64,000 nucleotides of DNA from a virus (Duplodnaviria > Caudoviricetes): positions 17,962 through 81,961 of the IMG/VR virus record IMGVR_UViG_3300033121_002140, one strand, 5' to 3'. Each line of letters opens with the position of its first letter. Within the stretch, counting starts at the first letter, position 1. Below, piece after piece: positions 17,587 through 26,654 of the stretch. The translations under genes and the position numbers were made by a program. The notes under the pieces were generated by a model. It was not told the origin of the DNA and did not search any database. It saw only the letters and a program-made list of their open reading frames with translations.

Positions 17587-18185
17587 TAGATCACCTCGTC
17601 ACATGACTGTAGCATGCTGTGCGCCGCCTGTTTCTTCTTGCCAGAGGAGATGTTTGCTCTGTGCTCTGCTGTCAACGCTCGACCCGTCAAGGCAACAGAG
17701 ATCTTCGCTCTCACAGACGGATCAGTCATGACCTGCGTGCTTCCCATGCTGATCTTCCGTCGAGTTTCTCTGCTGAGCTTTCGTCCTATGGCAGCGGCAC
17801 GCATCTTTGCTCGACTCTCTGCGCTCACTGCACGACCTCGCTTGGCGTCGCCGATCTTTTCGCGAGTCGCTTTTGAGTGTGCATATCCACACGTACCATC
17901 ACCGCCGCTGGTCTCATTGTAGCCCTGGGTACCGTTGGCTCGTGTTGCAGCGATCCAATCTACCTCTGCTGCTTTTGCCTCGAGCTCAGTGTCGAATGTC
18001 TCAAGCAGGACGTGGATCCAGGCATCATCACCGTGCTTTCGAATCGCTCGGTGAAATGCTGTCGTCGAACCGCTTTTCGCAGCTGCTACGTGCATCTTCC
18101 AGCGAGCCATCATGTCACGGCTTGTCCAACCGATGTAGCGCTTTCCCGTCTTGATGCAGAGGTGACAGTAGACAGTAAATCTCAC
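17586..18185 (-). CDS. GIY-YIG homing endonuclease with NUMOD3 repeats
   Basis: VYCHLCIKTGKRYIGWT, GYNETSGGDG, HSKATREKIG; GTGA coupling; visibly lower GC. Confidence 0.88.
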   Translation of the reverse strand: MRFTVYCHLCIKTGKRYIGWTSRDMMARWKMHVAAAKSGSTTAFHRAIRKHGDDAWIHVLLETFDTELEAKAAEVDWIAATRANGTQGYNETSGGDGTCGYAHSKATREKIGDAKRGRAVSAESRAKMRAAAIGRKLSRETRRKISMGSTQVMTDPSVRAKISVALTGRALTAEHRANISSGKKKQAAHSMLQSCDEVI

Positions 18186-19288
18186 AGTGCCTCGATGGTC
18201 CGCACAGCGTCGACGTATGCCTTGACGTAGGGATGGTCCTTGGGCAGGCCTGCCTTCAAGGCGGCCTCGGCCTGCGCGGTGAGGTTGGCCGCGTACACCT
18301 TCTTCATGGCGGCCCTGACGCGACGCAGGACCTCCTCCCGCGCGGCGTCGGCTTCCTGGCCCTGCAGGGCTCGCAGCTTGTCGAGCCCGGGCAGCCTGCG
18401 GCCCACGACCCCTTCCACGTCCTCGAAGCTGCGGGCCCTGAGCACCACCTTGGCCTTCGCGACCACGTCGCGTAGCGTCTTCTTGATCGCCGTCTGGCCG
18501 TCGTGGGCCAGACGGCGAGCGACGGGCGAATCCCGCAACGCGGCCCGCACCTTCCTGCTCGTCAGCACCTGCGCGAGCGCGGGCCTCTTCTGTGCCTCCG
18601 CGTCCTCGCTGATGACATGACCCAGGAAGACCCCGCCCTCGAACGCCCACGTGTCCATGCCCGGGTCCTCACGGCGTGACCACTTGTCGCCGCTGCCTGA
18701 CCCTCCGTGCCCGTACGTCTGCTTGACGCGGGCGACGAAGCGCTCGACGGCAGGGTTGCCGCCGCCGAGCACGTTGATGACGGCAAGCGCCGCACCGGGG
18801 GAACGCGCGACCATGCCCGCGCTCAGAAAGGCCCAGGGCGCGAACATGAACGCTGCCGCCATGACGTCGTTGCCCAGCAGCGCGCCCTTCGTGGCCCCAT
18901 AGACGTCCGAGTAGCGCTGCCTGATCGCGTCCAGCCTGCGCTTTTCCTCGGCGAAGATGTCGGCGTAGTCGCTCGACAGCGCAGGCACCAGCGTCGTCGC
19001 GGCTGCCTCGAAGGCGACCTTGACGGCCGACTGTGCCCGGGCCGACAGCTCGGCGGTCTTACCCGCCGCGGTCTTCACGACGTCCGTGAAGGGCTTCACG
19101 AAGGTCGCATACAGCTTGTCGGGGCTGCCAAAGTGCATGCCGTACGGCATCTCACCCATGGAGGCGCCGTACAGGTCGCCCACGCCGCCATCGTCCTCGA
19201 CGAGGCGCGGCTCCTTGGTGGACAGCGCATGTCCATGCCGGGTCGCGGTCTCGATGTTCTTGGCTGCCTCACGCAGGCGTCTAGCCAT
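18182..19288 (-). CDS. Hypothetical late protein (candidate virion internal protein)
   Basis: 368 aa; preceded by CTAGTTA; MARRLREAA start, internal VISE. Confidence 0.65.
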   Translation of the reverse strand: MARRLREAAKNIETATRHGHALSTKEPRLVEDDGGVGDLYGASMGEMPYGMHFGSPDKLYATFVKPFTDVVKTAAGKTAELSARAQSAVKVAFEAAATTLVPALSSDYADIFAEEKRRLDAIRQRYSDVYGATKGALLGNDVMAAAFMFAPWAFLSAGMVARSPGAALAVINVLGGGNPAVERFVARVKQTYGHGGSGSGDKWSRREDPGMDTWAFEGGVFLGHVISEDAEAQKRPALAQVLTSRKVRAALRDSPVARRLAHDGQTAIKKTLRDVVAKAKVVLRARSFEDVEGVVGRRLPGLDKLRALQGQEADAAREEVLRRVRAAMKKVYAANLTAQAEAALKAGLPKDHPYVKAYVDAVRTIEAL

Positions 19289-19292
19289 GCCG

Positions 19293-19299
19293 TAACTAG
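19293..19299 (-). promoter_or_regulatory. Putative late-promoter heptamer
   Basis: CTAGTTA 4 nt before ATG 19288. Confidence 0.55.
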
Positions 19300-20015
19300 G
19301 CCGCGAGCTTGGCCCTGATCGCAGGCAGTGCCGCTGCGATCACGGAGACCTGGTACGCGTGCATGGGCGGCAGCCGGTCGACCGGATGCCAACGCACGGC
19401 CACGTTCTCGCCGTCAGCGACCCGGGCCTCGGATCCGGTCGATCCGACGGCAGGCCGGGCCAAGAAGACCCTGACGGTCTTGTCCTCGTCGAAGGACTCG
19501 GTCCGGGTGGGCGGCAGCTCCTCCTCGGCCACCACCGCGAGCCCTGTCTCCTCGAGCGTCTCGCGGACCGCGCAGTCCCGTGGGTCCTCGCCCTCGTGCA
19601 CGTGCCCCTTGGGAACGCCCCAGGTGGGCTTCTTGAGCCACGGCTTGACCAACAGCACCTCTGGGCCCTCTGGTCCTGCCCGGTACGTCAGGCATCCGCA
19701 CGACAGGGTCCTACGCTTCGTCTTCAGGGCCTCGAGCGAGGCCCTGCGCGACGCATGCTCGGCATTCACCTGCTCGACGAGCCCGGCGGGCGCGGGCGGG
19801 GACCTGGGCGGAGCTGGCACGATGTTTGATGCCGACAAGTGCATGACCCTGCCGGTGTCAAGCACGACGGCCCACGTGCGCTGGCCCCGAGGCGCACCGT
19901 CGGGCTTGTCGGCCTTCCACTCCTGCCTGAGTACCGTGCCGAGGTCGTTGCCGACGAAGACCCTGTCACCGCCCCTCGGCTTGACATGATCGTCGTCGCT
20001 GCTAGCGGTCCGCAT
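19296..20015 (-). CDS. SH3-like domain fused to NUDIX hydrolase (Ap4A-hydrolase-like)
   Basis: SCGCLTYR...VLLVKP...WGVPKGHVHEGEDPRDCAVRETLEETGL; N-terminal GGDRVF...LGTVL...WAVVLDTG. Confidence 0.88.
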   Translation of the reverse strand: MRTASSDDDHVKPRGGDRVFVGNDLGTVLRQEWKADKPDGAPRGQRTWAVVLDTGRVMHLSASNIVPAPPRSPPAPAGLVEQVNAEHASRRASLEALKTKRRTLSCGCLTYRAGPEGPEVLLVKPWLKKPTWGVPKGHVHEGEDPRDCAVRETLEETGLAVVAEEELPPTRTESFDEDKTVRVFLARPAVGSTGSEARVADGENVAVRWHPVDRLPPMHAYQVSVIAAALPAIRAKLAA

Positions 20016-20021
20016 GGGCCC

Positions 20022-20050
20022 ATCGTACGCCGCGCGCCTCACGCACGACA
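20022..20050 (-). promoter_or_regulatory. sigma70-type promoter, leaderless
   Basis: TGTCGT-N17-TACGAT-N6-ATG. Confidence 0.65.
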
Positions 20051-20119
20051 CCACGCCGTGATCGGTGCCAGAGAACCCATGAAACCCGTGCCATGGCAAC
20101 CACCATGTTGTTTCGCAGG

Positions 20120-21175
20120 TTAAGCGTGGGCCCCGTCGAAGATGCGACGGACCCGTTCCAGCTGCTGGTCGTTGAGCCTGCGCAGGGCGCGCTCCTTGTC
20201 GAGGGCCAGGTCGCGCCCGGCCTTCTTGCTGACGTTGTCGGCCAGGCCCGTCTCGAACCCATGCAGGACCTGCGCGAGCATCTCGTCCCTGTCATACGCG
20301 CCCGCTGCGTCGAGCGTGTTGGCCAGGCCCACGATCCCGTGCGCGAGGTCGGCCACCGTGACGTTGTCGGGATCGAGGCCCGGATGCCGTCGCAGCACTG
20401 GGTCAGGCGTGTAGCCCGGGCCTAGCAGGTGCTCCGCGATGTCGGCCAGGAAGGTCCTGAAGCTGGTCGACACGGTCCTGACGTCGACCCCCGTCCTGAA
20501 CCGGGACGGGACGCGTTCCTTCCCGCGGTATCGTGCCAGCACGCCCTCTCCCCCGATCGACAGCGTCAGGAAGTCGCCCAGGGCCGCGTACAGGTTGCCC
20601 GTCACGTAGCCCTTGATGCCCCGCTCAGGCGTGTAGCGGCCTGCGGCCCACTCGGCACTGTGCGGGTGCGTGACCACCGTGTCCACCTGGACCAGGCCGC
20701 CGTCGGGCATGACGAGGATGACGCTGAGCGGGTCCGACCCTGAGCCGCCGGAGCGCTTTGTGCCCAGCGTCAGGTCCACGTCGACCCCCTCGGGCGACTC
20801 CTCGCGCAGGTACTTGGCCATGAGCTCCGTGTACCTGCGCAGCGACGCGGCCTGGCCCGCCCTGCGATCTCCCTTGGAGGCGTCCACGGGCAGCGACACG
20901 AGGTAATCGATGTCGCCGTAGGTCGCGTCGGGCCTGTCGACCTCGTCAGCCGCCGCGTGGGTGGCAGAGCCTGAGGCGCGCACGGGTTGCACTGGCTCGG
21001 TGCCGTGCTCCTCGAGCCAGGCGTTCCATCCCGCCAAAAAGCGCTCGTAGGCACGTGAGGCCTGCCTGACCAGCGCAGGCGTGAGGTCGCGCCTGCGGTC
21101 GGCGGGCACCTTGAGCCCGCCCTCAAAGAGAGCACGACGGACGATGGCGCGGAGCGCGCCCAGCCTGATCTGCAT
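20120..21175 (-). CDS. Pol-beta superfamily nucleotidyltransferase-like protein with N-terminal tag
   Basis: MQIRLGALRAIVRRALFEG; SGS...YGDIDYLV...LVQVD. Confidence 0.7.
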   Translation of the reverse strand: MQIRLGALRAIVRRALFEGGLKVPADRRRDLTPALVRQASRAYERFLAGWNAWLEEHGTEPVQPVRASGSATHAAADEVDRPDATYGDIDYLVSLPVDASKGDRRAGQAASLRRYTELMAKYLREESPEGVDVDLTLGTKRSGGSGSDPLSVILVMPDGGLVQVDTVVTHPHSAEWAAGRYTPERGIKGYVTGNLYAALGDFLTLSIGGEGVLARYRGKERVPSRFRTGVDVRTVSTSFRTFLADIAEHLLGPGYTPDPVLRRHPGLDPDNVTVADLAHGIVGLANTLDAAGAYDRDEMLAQVLHGFETGLADNVSKKAGRDLALDKERALRRLNDQQLERVRRIFDGAHA

Positions 21176-21223
21176 CTTGGACCCTGGGCACGTCGACGTG
21201 TCATGCGGCGTCGAGTGCGTGGT

Positions 21224-21231
21224 ATAGCTAG
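21224..21231. promoter_or_regulatory. Putative bidirectional late-promoter element
   Basis: ATAGCTA on + (6 nt before ATG 21237) and CTAGCTA on - share the palindrome TAGCTA, between divergent genes. Confidence 0.55.
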
Positions 21232-21236
21232 GCCAG

Positions 21237-21833
21237 ATGCGTGCGGACAGACCAAGGCGGATCGGGTTGGTGGCCATGAGCGCAAAGCCGTTCACGGCAG
21301 GCCATGACAGCATCATCCAGATGGCAGCGAGCGAGTGCGACGAGGTGCTCGTGTTCGTGTCACTCGCGGACCGACGCCGGCCCGGTGAGTTCCCGATCAT
21401 GGGCACTGACATGGCGACGATCTGGCGGGAACTGGTGGAACCCGGCCTGCCCACGAACGTCACGATCGAATATGCCAGCAACCCGATGGCCAGGATCTGG
21501 GCGACCCTGGGCGCCGCGAACGAGTCGGGCTCGCCCGACTCGTTCGCGATCTATGGGGACGAGCGCGACACCGCGGCACGCTTCGGTCCGGCAGCGCTCG
21601 CGAAGTATGCCAGCGGTCTGCAGGCCTCAGGCAGGATCTCGTTTCGGACGCCGCCCAGGATCACGTCAGGCACAGAGATGCGGAAGGCGCTGGCGGATGG
21701 GGACCTGGACGCGTTCAGGGCAGGCATGCCAGCCTGGTTGGACGCCGACCGGGCCTGGCAGGTCCTGCGGGCCCATCGCACGAACGAGGAACTCCTGCGG
21801 AGCTTCGTCAGGCGCTCGATAGCTCGCGCCTGA
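21237..21833 (+). CDS. HxGH-type (cytidylyltransferase-like) nucleotidyltransferase
   Basis: AKPFTAGHDSII, VLVFVS, ITSGTEMRKAL; C-terminal ELLRSFVRRSIA. Confidence 0.8.
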   Translation: MRADRPRRIGLVAMSAKPFTAGHDSIIQMAASECDEVLVFVSLADRRRPGEFPIMGTDMATIWRELVEPGLPTNVTIEYASNPMARIWATLGAANESGSPDSFAIYGDERDTAARFGPAALAKYASGLQASGRISFRTPPRITSGTEMRKALADGDLDAFRAGMPAWLDADRAWQVLRAHRTNEELLRSFVRRSIARA

Positions 21834-23877
21834 CGAAGGCCTCGAGGCGCTCGAGCGGCGCGCCCAGGGCATCGGGCCCACGTTCCTTCACGCGCTCCCT
21901 GAGCTTCTCGACGAGCTCCTCGGCCATCTGGTCGAGCTCGGATGCGAAGGTCTCCGACCTCCGCAATGCCGCCGCGAGCTCCTCGAAGCGTCGGAGGGCC
22001 TGGGCCCTGTGCCCAGGCCCCAGCAGGACAGAGACGAGCTCGTCGGGCCGGTCGGTCACGAGCTCACGCTCGACCGTGCGCCATGCCGTGTGACCGCCCT
22101 GCTTGTTGGGCCTCCGCGCCTGCACGACCCGGTGCAGGCCCCTGTCGGAGTCGACCACGTAGCGTTCGCGATCGAGCTCGCCCTGCTTTCCTGGGAACGC
22201 GCGCCCAGACGCATGACGTGCGATGACGTCCAACAGCATGTTTCGGACCACACCCTTCACTGTCGAATATTCGGGATGACCCTTCACGGGTGAAGGCCCG
22301 TAGCGCGTCCAGCCTAGAAGCCCGACGTCGCCGACCATCGCGTCCACCTGGACCGCGCCGGACTCCAGCGGAAACGCGATGCTCACGATGTTGGAGCCCA
22401 CCCTGCGCAGCTCGATGCCTGGGCGTGCAGCGACGAGCGCGGCGTACAGGCCTTCCCTGCCGCCCGCATGCTCCATCGCGAGGTCGACGTCGCCCATCGG
22501 GTCCTTCTTCCATGTCGTGCCGATGGGCGTGATCTTCAGGGCGCCTGCACGGACCAGGAGGCCTTCGATCTCTGGCCAGGCTGCCTGCAACCCTGCCCTC
22601 GTCACAGGCCCAACGTCTGAGAACGAGTGACCGCCCTCGGCCATCAGGCGCCGACGTGCCTCGACGAGCCCAGCTCCACCCTCGTGCGTGAAGAACCCGA
22701 GGATCCTGTTCATCGGTGCGAACGCACCCGTGAGCTTGTAAGGCCTGCCCTTGTGCATGAAGACGATGCCCTCGATCGGGCTGATGTCGTCCAGGCGCGT
22801 GAGCTTGTCCTGCACGGCAGCGAGGATGGCCTTCGCCTGGGGCGCGCGCGAGCGCCCTAGGGCCGTCATGGCCTTCGCGGTGGCAGCTCGAAGGCGCGCG
22901 GCCTCGGCCGAGGGATCGCTGACGAAGAGGGAGCTGACACCCCTGAGCACGCCCACCGCGAACTGGCGCATCGTGCGCTCGAGCGGGGCCAACGCCTGTT
23001 CGACCAGCCTGCGCTCGTCATCCACCAGCGCCTTCGACGTGGCGTACATGTCAGGTGCCATCTTCTTGATGGCCGTCAGGGTTGGTGCTCCAGGCACGCC
23101 TGCGATCCTCGCTGCGAGCGCGGCATGCAGCGCGTCCGGAAGGGTCATGTTCGACTCTTCGTCCAAGATCGACTCGATCCTGCGGTGGACGTACTCGCCG
23201 ATCGTGGCGCCGTCGTCCAAGCGGACCTGGGCCATGGCGGCATCGAGCCCGGACAGGGCCTGCGCCATCACAGTCCCGTCCACGAGGCGATGGAGCTCCA
23301 CGGCGGCCCAGGGATGCAGCGTCCATCCCGTCTCACGGGTCCCGGCACGCATCGTGTCGATCCATCGCGCGAGCCGCGTGCCGCCCAGGCCTTCCTCCTT
23401 GATAGGCCGGCCGGTCGCAGGGTCGACGACGAAAACGGGCTCCCTGTGGAACACGACGTTGTTGCCGTCGTACCTGATCGTGTTCGGCGCCTCGGCGTAC
23501 ATCACCTCGATCGAGTACCACCTGTCGCCTGCCGGACCGAAGATGTCGATCCGAGCGTCGGCAGGCATGGCCCTCAGGCCGCGCTCAAGCGCGGCGAAGG
23601 CGCCTGTCAGCGCGGCCTCGATCACACCGCGGCCTGAGAACCTGCGCGCCAAGGCGGGGGCGTCCATGCCGCCCCCCTTGATGTCGGACGAGTTGCGGGC
23701 AGCACGGACTCCGCCCGCTTTCTCGTTCCAGGTGAAGACCAGGTTGACGCCGTCGGTCTTTTCGGACACGCCCTCAAGCCTGGCCTCCGCGATCGAGGTG
23801 ACCACGTCCTTGAGGTCGTCGAAGGTCAGATCCCAGTCCTCGACCAGGTGAGACAGGTGTCCGCTGGCGCCGCCCAT
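21808..23877 (-). CDS. Two-domain protein: N-terminal ligase-like KxDG domain (DUF6267-like) plus C-terminal Pol-beta nucleotidyltransferase-like domain
   Basis: GGASGHLSHL, SEKTDGVNL, IEGIVF, YKLTGAFAPMNRILG; then IGTTWKKDPMGDVDLAM...VQVDAM. Confidence 0.7.
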   Translation of the reverse strand: MGGASGHLSHLVEDWDLTFDDLKDVVTSIAEARLEGVSEKTDGVNLVFTWNEKAGGVRAARNSSDIKGGGMDAPALARRFSGRGVIEAALTGAFAALERGLRAMPADARIDIFGPAGDRWYSIEVMYAEAPNTIRYDGNNVVFHREPVFVVDPATGRPIKEEGLGGTRLARWIDTMRAGTRETGWTLHPWAAVELHRLVDGTVMAQALSGLDAAMAQVRLDDGATIGEYVHRRIESILDEESNMTLPDALHAALAARIAGVPGAPTLTAIKKMAPDMYATSKALVDDERRLVEQALAPLERTMRQFAVGVLRGVSSLFVSDPSAEAARLRAATAKAMTALGRSRAPQAKAILAAVQDKLTRLDDISPIEGIVFMHKGRPYKLTGAFAPMNRILGFFTHEGGAGLVEARRRLMAEGGHSFSDVGPVTRAGLQAAWPEIEGLLVRAGALKITPIGTTWKKDPMGDVDLAMEHAGGREGLYAALVAARPGIELRRVGSNIVSIAFPLESGAVQVDAMVGDVGLLGWTRYGPSPVKGHPEYSTVKGVVRNMLLDVIARHASGRAFPGKQGELDRERYVVDSDRGLHRVVQARRPNKQGGHTAWRTVERELVTDRPDELVSVLLGPGHRAQALRRFEELAAALRRSETFASELDQMAEELVEKLRERVKERGPDALGAPLERLEAFVRRELSSA

Positions 23878-23881
23878 CTGC

Positions 23882-24835
23882 TCAGCTCATGACCTCGAAC
23901 CTGGGCTCGCCCTTGGAGATGTACAGGAAACGCAGGTGATCGTTCAGCTCCGCGTGCGGGACGATCATGAACTGCTGCGGGCTGACCAACACCACGCCTG
24001 CCACGTTGTCGAAGACAGTGCTGGCCTGAACGCCCCTGAGCCACACGTCCCTGATGAAGGTCCTTGGCTTCCTGAAGGCCGGATGCGAGAACGTGCCCGC
24101 GAACAGGTCGCACACCTCGACGCCCATGTCAGAGTCCGACAGACCCAGCTCCCGTGAGGTCCTCACGTAGGTGGCAACGTCGATCTCACGCTCGGAACCG
24201 TTCCATGACACCTTGCGCTTGCACTTATTGGCGTCCCCGATCATGTGCTTGACGTACTCCATCACCTGCAGGAGGCCCACCGGGTTCTTGTGGGTCTTGC
24301 CCACGATACGGCCCTGTGACAGCTCCCCGTTCATGACCATCGGAATGTCGTGCTCGATGAAGTCCTCGACGTCGAAGGACTTGATGCCGGTCTCAGACTC
24401 ATACGCGGGCAAGGCGCTCATGTCGATGCGTGAAAAACCTTGCCGCAGCTGCCTGCAGATCTCCTCGATCTGCTGCCTGATTCCCTCGACCGCACGCCGG
24501 CCCTCGACCCCGGGCCTGATCATGTCGCTCGCGTTGGGTTCCTTGACCTCCCATTTGTTGCCCTGGGCATCGATGACGTCGTACGAGACGCTGTGACCCT
24601 GGATCTCGCCACCCAGTTCCCAGGCCAACTTCAATTCGCCTGGTCCAGTGTCTCGGTCGCCCGCTCGGTACTTGTGCGGGTTGCGTGGGCTCCAGTCGAC
24701 CCAGACGCCCGTGGGGGGCATGGTCCGACGGGTCGAGGCAGACGCCTTGGTTGATTGGACCCGCGTGCCCGTGTCACGCTCGACGAGCACGAGTGAGACG
24801 TAGCGTCGAAACAGTGGGAGTGTGTGTTGTTCCAT
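23882..24835 (-). CDS. Putative PD-(D/E)XK restriction-endonuclease-like protein with N-terminal tag
   Basis: LFRRYVSLVLVE; GPGELKLAWELGG...SYDVIDAQGNKWEVKE. Confidence 0.6.
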   Translation of the reverse strand: MEQHTLPLFRRYVSLVLVERDTGTRVQSTKASASTRRTMPPTGVWVDWSPRNPHKYRAGDRDTGPGELKLAWELGGEIQGHSVSYDVIDAQGNKWEVKEPNASDMIRPGVEGRRAVEGIRQQIEEICRQLRQGFSRIDMSALPAYESETGIKSFDVEDFIEHDIPMVMNGELSQGRIVGKTHKNPVGLLQVMEYVKHMIGDANKCKRKVSWNGSEREIDVATYVRTSRELGLSDSDMGVEVCDLFAGTFSHPAFRKPRTFIRDVWLRGVQASTVFDNVAGVVLVSPQQFMIVPHAELNDHLRFLYISKGEPRFEVMS

Positions 24836-24872
24836 GTGTCTCCGCGCGACCAGCACGGTGCGCTGCCTGGAC

Positions 24873-24879
24873 TAAGTAA
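24873..24879 (-). promoter_or_regulatory. Putative late-promoter heptamer (variant)
   Basis: TTACTTA 37 nt upstream of ATG 24835. Confidence 0.4.
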
Positions 24880-24887
24880 TGCCCTTA

Positions 24888-24941
24888 GGTGGCACTGTGG
24901 AACTACCACCGCGACCGGTGTTTTTTACACCAATGCCGGTC
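24888..24941. other. Two adjacent intergenic hairpins
   Basis: GGTGG...CCACC (24888-24910); GACCGG...CCGGTC (24913-24941) enclosing GGTGT-TTTTT-ACACC. Confidence 0.4.
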
Positions 24942-24977
24942 CAGCAGGTTCACGCTTGACGCGACGTCGACGAGGCT

Positions 24978-25607
24978 TCACTTTCGGTGAGGTTTGATCG
25001 GGATCGGAACGGGCGGGGACGCGTCTTCCGCCTTCTTTGGCGAAGGAGCGCCGCCGCTCTTTTTCACGACCACATTCGGCTTGATGGAACGGCGCTGCTG
25101 CCCGCCTGAACCCTGGCCCTCGCCTGAGTCGACGCCGTTCTTTTTCATCGCGACCGCGGGCTCAGGATCGGCAGGATCGACTGCCTGCTGTCCCGGGACC
25201 TCTCCCGTCACGATCTGCGCGATTCCCTTCAGGAAGGCCAGCAGCGCGACTCTCTCGGGCTTCTTGAGGCTCTTGACGTATGCCTCCATCGCATGCTTGA
25301 TGTCATCGTCACGGAAGGAACGACCCGACCGGATCGCGTTCAGCTTGCCCACGATGTTGTCGAAGCTCACCTCGCCCGTCTTGAGCTCTTCGGCGTCGGC
25401 GTCCATGGTCTTCGACGGTGTGCCGTCTTCGGCTCCGTCGTCGTCCGTGACGCCGTCGTCCATGCCCCCTGCGAGCGCAGCCGCAGTCGCGTCCTGGCTG
25501 TCCTTTTCTGACAGGCCCTGACGCGCGAGGTCGGCCTTGATGCCGTCCTCTGCCAGAAGACGACCCAGCACATCACCCAACAGTGCACCGGTCCTGATCA
25601 CGGGCAT
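24978..25607 (-). CDS. Acidic hypothetical protein with N-terminal tag
   Basis: MPVIRTGALLGDVLGRLLAED; NIVGKLNAIRSGRSF. Confidence 0.7.
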   Translation of the reverse strand: MPVIRTGALLGDVLGRLLAEDGIKADLARQGLSEKDSQDATAAALAGGMDDGVTDDDGAEDGTPSKTMDADAEELKTGEVSFDNIVGKLNAIRSGRSFRDDDIKHAMEAYVKSLKKPERVALLAFLKGIAQIVTGEVPGQQAVDPADPEPAVAMKKNGVDSGEGQGSGGQQRRSIKPNVVVKKSGGAPSPKKAEDASPPVPIPIKPHRK

Positions 25608-25816
25608 CAGCGACCTCCTCGAACCGGAGACCCATACACGGTCCTGTTCACGGGCGCCTCGCGTCCGCGCCGGTTCAGGCGGCGCTGGGGCGTCTCACCC
25701 AGGACCTTGGCGTCCTCCTGCCTGATCCGGCGCTCGCCCAGCAGGATCGCGTCCATGAACTTGTCGAAGGTGAACGCTCCTTCGTCCATGAGGGCCGAAT
25801 CGACGTCGTTGTCCAT
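25607..25816 (-). CDS. Small hypothetical late protein
   Basis: Preceded by ATAGCTA. Confidence 0.55.
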   Translation of the reverse strand: MDNDVDSALMDEGAFTFDKFMDAILLGERRIRQEDAKVLGETPQRRLNRRGREAPVNRTVYGSPVRGGR

Positions 25817-25821
25817 GACGA

Positions 25822-25828
25822 TAGCTAT
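25822..25828 (-). promoter_or_regulatory. Putative late-promoter heptamer
   Basis: ATAGCTA 5 nt before ATG 25816. Confidence 0.6.
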
Positions 25829-25837
25829 GCAGCGTCC

Positions 25838-26299
25838 CTAGGGACGTGCAAACGTGAGGGTCAGCGTGCAGATTCCTGCCGAAGTGACAGAACTGACCTC
25901 GACCTGGCTGGGCGTGCCTGCGGCGAGCCTGAGAGCGGGGGATCCTGGGTCTGCCTGACACACGGTGGTGACGCCGTAGGACCTGCCGGTCGCACCCACC
26001 GCGTCCATGACCACGCCCAGGGCCTGATCGCACGCAGTCCTGAGCTCCACCACGAGCTGGCCGGGCTGGCACATGATCCGCAGCAGCTTTCCCACCACCG
26101 TCGCGTCCACGGCTGGATCCCCTGACGCCCGGGAGACTGCGACCATGGGCGATGAGTCCTCGACCTCCTCCATGGTGCCCTGCTCTTCCGGCTCGACATG
26201 TTCTTCGTCGAGACCAAGCACGCGGCCCTGCAGCTCCCGGCTCATGAGCAGCACTTCCCTGTTGGGCTCAATCGTCAGGCGTCGTCCCTGGTCCTCCAT
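25838..26299 (-). CDS. Hypothetical protein
   Basis: GAGGAG RBS before ATG 26299; start uncertain. Confidence 0.55.
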   Translation of the reverse strand: MEDQGRRLTIEPNREVLLMSRELQGRVLGLDEEHVEPEEQGTMEEVEDSSPMVAVSRASGDPAVDATVVGKLLRIMCQPGQLVVELRTACDQALGVVMDAVGATGRSYGVTTVCQADPGSPALRLAAGTPSQVEVSSVTSAGICTLTLTFARP

Positions 26300-26654
26300 C
26301 GTCGTCCCACTCCTCATCGTCATCGGGCGCGTACGCGACCTCCCGAAAGAGTACATCGCACGCCTGCGCGTGCTCACGCTCGATCTCGGTGACGACCCCG
26401 AGGCCTGCGCGGACGAGCGTCACAGTGACGTCCATGTCACGGATCCCGAGCTCAGACTCCGCCCCTGTCTCGGCCTCGAGACCCAGCAGGGACACGACGA
26501 ACGAGTCGCGCAGGCGCCGGGCCCTGAAGGAGTACGTCTTGACGAGCGCACCCGGCCTGCCCACGAGGCGCCACCTGGACGACGGCAGCACAGGACAGGG
26601 CACGGGCGTCCTGGCGGCGACGACGACAGGGCCTTTTTCGGTCGCTGGGATCAC
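26268..26654 (-). CDS. Pterin-4a-carbinolamine dehydratase-like fold lacking the catalytic His residues
   Basis: W...LVKTYSF...F....EAETGAESELGIRDMDVTVTL...GVVTEIE; the canonical HHP and TH are replaced. Confidence 0.55.
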   Translation of the reverse strand: MIPATEKGPVVVAARTPVPCPVLPSSRWRLVGRPGALVKTYSFRARRLRDSFVVSLLGLEAETGAESELGIRDMDVTVTLVRAGLGVVTEIEREHAQACDVLFREVAYAPDDDEEWDDDGGPGTTPDD

